Shown here one piece after another: positions 56,008 through 64,000 of a stretch of 64,000 bases of DNA (the first letter of the stretch is position 1; each line of letters opens with the position of its first letter). The notes beneath the pieces are model-generated. The model saw nothing but the letters and a program-made list of their open reading frames with translations. It searched no databases and had not been told where the DNA came from. The stretch is from assembly GCA_964016885.1 (NCBI GenBank), contig OZ024742.1, forward strand, positions 77,004,001-77,068,000. Reading direction: 5' to 3'. Made by a program: the position numbers and the translations under genes. This stretch comes from Eledone cirrhosa (taxonomy: Eukaryota).

Positions 56008-59000
56008 ATGACCTCACTCAGAATAGGCAGCATAAATGCGCGTGGCTGGGGGCCGTCATGGAAGCAGGGTCACCTGCTCAACGACCTCAGGTCACTAAAC
56101 ATAGATGTAGTGGCCATCAGCGAGACCAGAATCTCCGAAGCACGGGCCTTCGCACCGATCTTCGGCGGCTACGATGTGTACGCATCTCCCAGCCGTCCTG
56201 GAGTTGCTGTGCTTTTTCGGAGAGGTTTGGATCTCGCCATATGGGCCATCTTCCTGGACACAGAGGGTAAGTTGGTGGTGCTGGGCGTGACCAGCGGAGA
56301 CGGGCAAGCTTTCAGGCTAGTGGTCGTCTATGCCCCGACAGGAGCAGGGCGGCCTGATTTCTTCCGGCGTCTGGAGACCTTTCTTGGAACGTCCCGCTCT
56401 TTAGTGTTAGTGGGAGACTGGAACGGGATCTTAGATGCACGCTGGGACTGTGTTGGATTATCGGATAGGGGTGGAGGGTGCAAGAGCCTCACCAACCTGT
56501 TCAGGCGTTTTGAACTGTCTGACATGTACCGATTTGATTTCCCGAATGTGCCAATGTGGACTTGGACAAATCGCATAGAGTCATCCAGATCATATCTAGA
56601 TAGAGTATTTTGTAAGGAAATAGATAGGTCTAGCATAGGCTGTCCACAATTCAAGATAGTCAGCTACACGGACCACAAATTCGTGATCTGTGTGCTTGAC
56701 TTAGATAGGCTTCATAGACGAGGACCCGGCTACTGGAAGCTAAACGCGTCCTTACCAGCGCGCAAGGCCTACAGAGACCGGATTAGCGGAATAGTTAAGC
56801 GGGCGTTCACGGGGGCCATCGTCAACAACAAGTGTAGGTTTGCTCTGAAAAGAGCGATTAGAATAGTATCGATTAGGTTTAGTAAGGCTTTAGCAATAGA
56901 CAAAAATAGAGCAGAGGGAGAACTAGTTAGAATATTAGACGAGGCGCTTAGCAAAGGCATTGCAACCGACGTGCTTGCGGCGAAATTGGCCCATGACTAA
57001 TTCTTCAATGCAAAGCACGAAGGCTGCGTTGTCAGAGCAAGGGTGCGTGCTCTCAGACACGAGGGAACAAAGCCGTTCAATGGGCCCGAGTGGCGGAGGC
57101 GCGTCGTTGCAACAAAGCCACGATTCGGTCTTTGGTGGACCACGACGGGCGCATGCTACTCGATCCCGGGCAAATGTGTGAAGCTTTTCAGTGACACTTC
57201 GATCAGCTGTTCGGGGGAAGCGGTGGGTCGGTTCGAGGGATGGACTTTAGTGTCTACATCGACGGACTGCCGCGGCTCTCGGCCACTGAAGCGAAGTGTT
57301 GCGAAAAGCCGATAACAGCCGTTGAAGTAAGGGAGGCAATGACTGGCTGCACAAGGGGTAAATCGCCTGGTTTGGATGGTCTGCCCTATGAACTTTACGT
57401 ACAGATGCCAGACTTGTTCGGAGGCCTCTTGGCAGACGTCTACTGCAACTGGCAACAGAACGGGAGAATTCCCAGTTCTGTGAGCCGAGGAGCGGTGGCA
57501 CTGCTGAGAAAGGATCCGAACAAGGGGGATAACATAGATAATTTCCGGCCCATAACTCTGCTAAACACAGAGTTCAAGATTTTGGCCAAGGTGCTAGCAA
57601 AGAGGTTGGCGCTTGTCGTTGGTGGTGGGAGAGGCGCAGGCATGCGCCATTCCAGACAGATCCATACACGACAGCCTCCACATCATGCGATACATCGTAG
57701 AGAGGGTAGCTAGGGAACCTGGCACGGGTGGGTCCTGGATCAATTTAGATCGGACGAAAGCTTTCGATAGGGTCGACCATCGTTACCTAGCGGCAGTCCT
57801 GAGAGTGGCTTGCTTTGTGCCCGTCTTCAGAGGCTGGATCGCTGCCATGCACAGCGACATCTGCTCTGTGGTGAGAGTGAACGGTCACCTGTCAGAACCG
57901 TTCAATACATGCGCTCGGTCCGCCAAGGATGTCCCCTCTCGTCCCTCTTGTACGTATTGACTCTCGAGCCATTACTGCACAAACTGGAGACGTTGAGGGG
58001 CGTCCCGCGCGAACTAGGATGCGGAAGATCCGTGTCAGCATATGCGGACGATGTCACCGTAGTGGTGTCGAACGACAAACACATCGAGGCGATCGGCACT
58101 ACACTAAGAGAATACGAAGCGGTGACAGGAGCAATGATCAACAAGGAAAAGTCAGTGGGCCTGCAGCTCGGCACCTGGACGGACGGACCGGTTAAATTGC
58201 TAGGGGTCTGGTTCGGTCCGGACCTCCAGACGGACAAAAACTGGGACGAGGTGACGAGCAGGGTGGCTTCTCTCACCCAGAAATGGGCCGAGAGGAAGCT
58301 ATCCCTGAAAGGTCGAGCGGAGGTGGCTAACGCGTACATCGCGTCCGTCATCTGCTACCGCCTGACCGTCGTACCTTGTCCTAAGCCTCGCCTGACTGTG
58401 CTGGAGCGTTTGCTCTTTCGCTTTTTGTGGAAGGGACGCGCTCCGATGGTCAGGCGGTCCATCCGTTGTCAACACCCGCTACGTGGAGGGCTGGGCATGC
58501 CGTGGCTGATGATGCGCAGGCACGCGCTCAGGCTACGACATCTCCACCTCTTCCTCGACGGTGATCAGGTGTGGTCGCCGTTTGCTAGACGCGTGTTTCC
58601 CCAGCTCGTTTCCTTGACGGAGCTGCAGTCCTGGGTCAAGCGAAGACCGAGAGGGAGCGCCTGGAGACTGGAATGTCTTCAGGCGCTCACAGCCCTCGAC
58701 CAATCGGGCAATGTGATCGGTGGAAACTCCACCTCGGCGTTCTATAGAGGATTAGTGGAGGGGAAGAGCGACGACGTACTTGGGGAAACTCTAGGCTTCG
58801 ACGAAAATCAACTAGCCAATCTCTTCGGAAGAACTTTCGGGCCAGGGCCTATGGACAACTTCCAGAAATCTCTGGCCTGGCAGTGCTACCGAGGAGCCTT
58901 GCCAGTTCGGGATAAACTCTACAGGCATGGAGGTGCCGTCAGCCGGGCATGTCCGAGATGCGCGCAGGGCGACGAAACCGTCCTGCACGCACTCGTCCAG

Positions 59001-59366
59001 TGTCCGAAAATTGCTGACTTGTGGGTTTATGTCGAACACCTGCTGTCGCGTTTAGGACGGATCCGGCTATCATCTGAGTCTATCGTGAGGATTGCCCCGC
59101 CCTCCTCCTTTAGCCGGGAAGGGCAGGCAGTTTTTATCTGCCTGGTGGCCATGGCGAAAGAGATAGTATGGTGGACACGTTTGAAAGGGCTGAAGACGAG
59201 CACTTACCTCTTCGGTGATGCTCTGATTGACTTTTTCAAATTTCATTTGAAAATGAAAATCAGAGTAGAGAGGGAAGTGCTCTCTTCCCAGCATTTTGTT
59301 GAAAGATGGGTGAGAGAAGCAAGAATGGCCCGAGTGAATGGGCCTACTCTGAGCATATATCTGTAA
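56008..59366 (+). pseudogene. LINE ORF2: APE endonuclease, RT and zinc finger (stop and frameshifts)
   Basis: SINARG, ISETR, VYAP, GDWN, SYLDR, TDH, KSPGLDG, NFRPITLLN, KAFDRV, SVRQGCPLS, AYADD, KLLG and CPRC..ETVLHALVQC. Confidence 0.92.
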
Positions 59367-59613
59367 ATTAAAGGTGGAAAACTGGGAGAGGGCACTTGCC
59401 TTGGTGGTCAGGGTCATTGTGGCTTTTTACTGGGCTTTCTCCACAAATGTCCCTCCGAAGTCTCCCCCCTATTGGGGAATTTTTCATTGTTATTTTTGTT
59501 ACATCCTCTGTTTTTGTTTTTTACACGCAGAAATGCCCATTTGTACCGTCCTGCATTGTCCTGCACTGTCCTTAATGTCTACTTTATGTAAACCCTTGTG
59601 GTTAATAAAGAAA

Positions 59614-59650
<37 letters not shown>

Positions 59651-59663
59651 CATCATTATTATT

Positions 59664-59885
59664 GGCGGATTGGCAGTGTCGGTAGAGTCAGAGGCTATGC
59701 ATTGCAGTATAGAGTTACAGTCCTTTACGGTCTGAGTTCAAATGCCACCGAGGTTAACTTTGCCTTTTATCCTACGGGGTCGGTCAAATAAAGCACCAAT
59801 AATGTACTGGAGCCGGTATAATCAACTCCCTCGAAAAAAAAATTACTGACTTCGTGCTTATACTAGAAATCATTATTGTTATTAT
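59664..59885 (+). mobile_element. tRNA-derived SINE (longer variant)
   Basis: ggcggattggcagtgtcggtag..gagttcaaat..ggggtcgg..tagaaatcattatt. Confidence 0.8.
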
Positions 59886-60334
59886 TAGTAATAGTAGGAG
59901 TAGCAGTAGCAGCGGCAGCAGTAGTAGAAGTCTTAGTAGTATACACAATTTCTTTATTATCCTCAAATAAATAAACAAAAAAAAAAACACTGACACGGAT
60001 GAAAGAATATATAAAATGGGAAAAAGACTAATATAAACATTTACATAAAACGCAATTCGCTTAAGAATGAAATGGCCCTCCTCATAAATAGATGGGTTTG
60101 TGTCTAACAAAACTGAAGATGTAGACAAATCGTGTCTGCCGAAACAACCGCCGCAAAATAAAAAAAAAACAGCAACGGCAACGCAGTAACACCAGACATA
60201 GCAAAGATAAATATAAAAACAACAGGAAGGACAACTCATAAATTCTAGCATAATATAATATTTACTAAATGACATAGTCAGTAGCTCATCACGTACTCTT
60301 TCACCACCTTCACATTAAGTGAGCAACTTAGCCA

Positions 60335-60352
60335 CCACCACAATCATCATCG

Positions 60353-60391
<39 letters not shown>

Positions 60392-60579
60392 CCCCCATCA
60401 TCACCACCATCACCACCATCACCATCATCACCATCATCATCACCATCATCATCATCACCATCACCACCATCACCATCATCACCGTCATCACCATCACCAT
60501 CATCACCATCATCACCATCATCATCATCACTATCATCACCCTCATCATCATCATCATCATCATCATCACCACCACCACC

Positions 60580-60611
<32 letters not shown>

Positions 60612-60625
60612 CTACTACTACTACA
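60335..60625. repeat. (CAT/CAC)n trinucleotide repeat
   Basis: Seen directly; it explains the poly-D/M/I ORFs. Confidence 0.95.
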
Positions 60626-61622
60626 ATTAACATTTCTACGAACTCAACTAATAATAAACCACTGCTTTCTACATCTACCTTTCCACATGAATCCAACACT
60701 ATTGTGAAAAATATGTTATAGTTAAGGAAGTAGCGTGCCCTTCATCACCACACAAACATGAAACGCCAATCATGCCGTTCACTATTCCAGAGGCACTACA
60801 CGGGCATCAACCTGGGTCGAGTCAGACAATTCATTTGAACATTACCAATCAAAATCATAGCAAAAATCCCACAATAACATCAACACCTCCAAATATATAT
60901 GAGACGCTAAAGCACGATTAACACGGTATCCTAAAATATGCCAGTATTCCCAACCCGACACAGTAGCAAACAAGGGGCTCCAAGCCAACATCTAATCCAC
61001 AGTAAAATCACATGACCCGCAGAATGTGTTCCTGGATTCACAGAACTTTCTAATCGGAAGATATCCATACAGTTAACCTTCTCTTTACCCACCCCACTTT
61101 GCTACTGTCGTCCACTTTGCTCACCCCACACGAAACAAAGTATTATGAACATTGATATTGGGGACACCTAGAAAAGCTCAAACTCTATTCTCTCCAACAT
61201 CACCGTGAACGACACATTATTTGCATAATGTGTAAAAAATATTGCATCAGCATTGCCCAAATTATGTTAACATCCTCTTTAAAGTACACCTAAGGCTTGG
61301 GCTCCGTTCTATCCGCCCACAACAAAATCAAACTCTCATCTCATAACAACATTATGGCACAATTATTTCACCTTAACTGGTCCAGCTCTCTTTAAGATTA
61401 CACCAAAACACATTAAAATATAAACCGACTCCATAAAATCCAAAAGGTCTTTGGAAAACCCGGATAAACCCGGATAAACCCCTTCTACCCAGATATTTCT
61501 CCGTAAACAATAACTCTTTACTTCAGTGTGCAAGGTGTCCAAATCTTGAGTTGAAAGACCTCGCCAGGTGGTGCTATTAATTTATACATGGTCTGGGCCA
61601 GTACTGGCGGAAACCTACCAAT

Positions 61623-61665
<43 letters not shown>

Positions 61666-62319
61666 GCAAGTAATAAGCCACCCAAATTCCAAGTCTTCCC
61701 ATTTTACCTTTGTGCTGACAATACAACAGAACAAATACGAATAAATAAGGAAAATATGTTCATTCAAAAATATTTCTACTAACGGAATCATTTTCTTACA
61801 CACACACACACACACACAAAATATATATTCTCTTCATCTTAACATGCTAACTATACTCCCACATACACATAACACCCATACACACACACACACAGCCCCC
61901 CTCCCACATACACCTCCCTCCCCCATGTCTACTCATAGAATAACTTTCCTACACACATACACACACACAAAATATATATATTCGCTCCATCTTAAGATAC
62001 TCTCACACACACAACACCCATATACACACACAACTCACTCCACCATTTCTACTAATAGAATCATCTTCCTATACACACACACACACACAAGCACACAAAT
62101 AAACGTACATATCCCTACTTTCTTTATTTCAATAGAAAGTTTGAATTCTGACACCCCAGCGAACCAGCCATATTCACTGAACCACAACAATTATCCCATT
62201 CCATTTCTCTTGACCATTATCTTTTGTTTGTCATAAAATTCTCTAAAAGGCTACAAAATCAATTCCCAAATACGGGCCCGAAATTTAATGAACTTGTTCA
62301 CGTGACGAGCATAATTTCA

Positions 62320-62815
62320 TTTATAACCAATCAAATTACATTTATATAAAAAGCCTTCGTGAGCCCCTTTTTTTAAGTAGAAAGAAATTCAAACAAACTG
62401 CAGCGATAGCTGATGTGCTTATTCACGTGACTGCATCAACCAACCAAACTTCATTCATACCTGACCCCTCTTGTTTGAAGAACTTTGTAATGCGAACTGC
62501 CACGAAATTTATTATCCTTATTGACCAACCAATCAAATTACTTCTCTAAAAACCTGGCGTTTCGAGCCACTTTTTTCCATATAAAACAAGTAACATTCAA
62601 AGACAAACCAGATGTGAGAAAAACCACAGACCCTTCATCTCAACTCTACTTTTGAAAAGCAGAAGAACTGCTAAACCTGTAAAGGAACCAAATAAATATA
62701 TATATATTTTTTGAAAATAAGACTCCAGTTGCATTTTCGATTTGATCTTTGTTTCTTTATACATTCACTCGTGTAGGACACCTCGGTTATATTTCATTTT
62801 GTAAAAAAACCTCAC

Positions 62816-62825
<10 letters not shown>
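62320..62825 (+). mobile_element. TTGAAAA/ACCGGT HHR repeat (HHR 62648-62685 decayed, TAAA)
   Basis: Homologous to 38755-39205. Confidence 0.8.
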
Positions 62826-62851
<26 letters not shown>

Positions 62852-62852
<1 letters not shown>

Positions 62853-63043
62853 ATAGCTTTCACCGTATTTTTGACTCAAGGAATTTTATCCTGATAATGA
62901 GGTTTAGCACCCTCAGTTAAATGGAAAAAGATGAGTATTGACTCCCATGTACGTCAATACTCATATTTTTCCATTTATCTGAGGGTTCTATACCCCATTA
63001 TCAGGCTAAAATTCCTTTAGTAAAAAATACGGTGAAAGCTATT
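62852..63043. repeat. Fold-back element (imperfect arms of about 90 bp, 10-nt loop), MITE-like
   Basis: aatagctttcaccgtatttt...aaaatacggtgaaagctatt, and gagtattgac/gtcaatactc at the centre. Confidence 0.85.
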
Positions 63044-64000
63044 CAATTTTCTAATTTCAAACTGCTCACTGTTTCAAAACATACTTAATATATATATATA
63101 TAACTTAAGCCAATTTGTTTATTTTGGGGGTTATAAGCTAGACCGATATCCATTTTATTATGGCAGTATAGTGAGTATTGTTAGTCTAGTCTAGTCACAG
63201 GGTCATAAGGCAATACTTTTCTATACATATATATATTTATGTATATATATTAATATATATACATATGATGGCTGCAATTTGACTTCGAGTAATGCTATCG
63301 CTTGATACATATGCATGAGCAGCATAGACATGGCGCTTTAGTCTGCTAAGTATTAGCTAAGAGCCAGTCCTAACATGCATCGCAAAAGATGTCACATATG
63401 AAGCAATGTCTGTCCTTGAAGCTTTTTTTATGTGCAGAAAGAGTTTGCATCGACCCAATCCGACTCCCTGTACATCGAATCCATTTACCCAAAAAGTATA
63501 ACTGATTTACATCATTGGATTCACACAGTCACAGGTTTTATATCAGAGTGATCATCTTCTACAGAGACACATGTAATGAACTGTCGGGGTGTTTCACTCC
63601 ACTAACTGCTTCCTTTCACGGGATTTGCAATTTATTAACAGGGCGTCAGAAGTCACACTCTGTGCAGGCAAGCTTGGCGGGTTTGCCTGTTTAGCAGGGT
63701 CATCACCGATGAAACTGGCGACTCCACCATACTTATTTATTGAGGAAGGCTATTTTGGACAACCTGTGGGATGAAACACACTCACACACACACACGTGCG
63801 CGCGCACACACACACGCGTGTGTGTTGAGGTGGGCGGAAGGACTCGTATTCATGTCTGTATTTTATAAATTTATTATAGAATAACTAGGATTTTTATCAG
63901 CATAAAATATTACTTCTTTTCACAAAAAGCTTTACATTTTACGATATGCACCAATCATCAATATTCAATGATATTTATGTGCATTTAAGTATGTATGATA

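Larger units (their letters stand above)
53655..59615 (+). mobile_element. Near full-length Tx1/L1-clade LINE flanked by (ATT)n
   Basis: ORF1 and ORF2 architecture, AATAAA at 59604, and (ATT)n at 53634-53654 and 59616-59663. Confidence 0.9.

Noticed and set aside
60315-60699. Poly-Asp/Gly, poly-Met and poly-Ile ORFs
   Set aside because: They come from a (CAT/CAC)n repeat, with no splice or domain support.

Overview
This is AT-rich, microsatellite-dense eukaryotic DNA. The SINE family and repeat landscape suggest a cephalopod such as octopus, which is an inference. No host protein-coding gene is confidently recognisable. The window is a mosaic of decayed mobile elements: many Penelope-like retroelements (PLEs; RT plus GIY-YIG) and their solo or inverted pseudo-LTRs, an R4/Dong-type RLE LINE, a near full-length Tx1/L1-type LINE in an (ATT)n tract, RTE-type LINE fragments (two with twin-priming-like inversions), two non-autonomous Helitrons and about nine tRNA-derived SINEs. 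The main signal the ORF track misses is roughly 25 type I hammerhead-ribozyme (HHR) motifs from about a dozen different repeat families, found and folded by eye. Several carry the compensatory U3-A8 core (TTGAAAA/TTGATAA), palindromic stem III loops or very long stem II inserts. Most long inverted repeats in the window carry an HHR in their arms. Two non-coding HHR families form head-to-tail units of about 430 bp and 650 bp, resembling retrozymes (circRNA-producing elements). Coordinates were counted by hand and may be off by a few bases.
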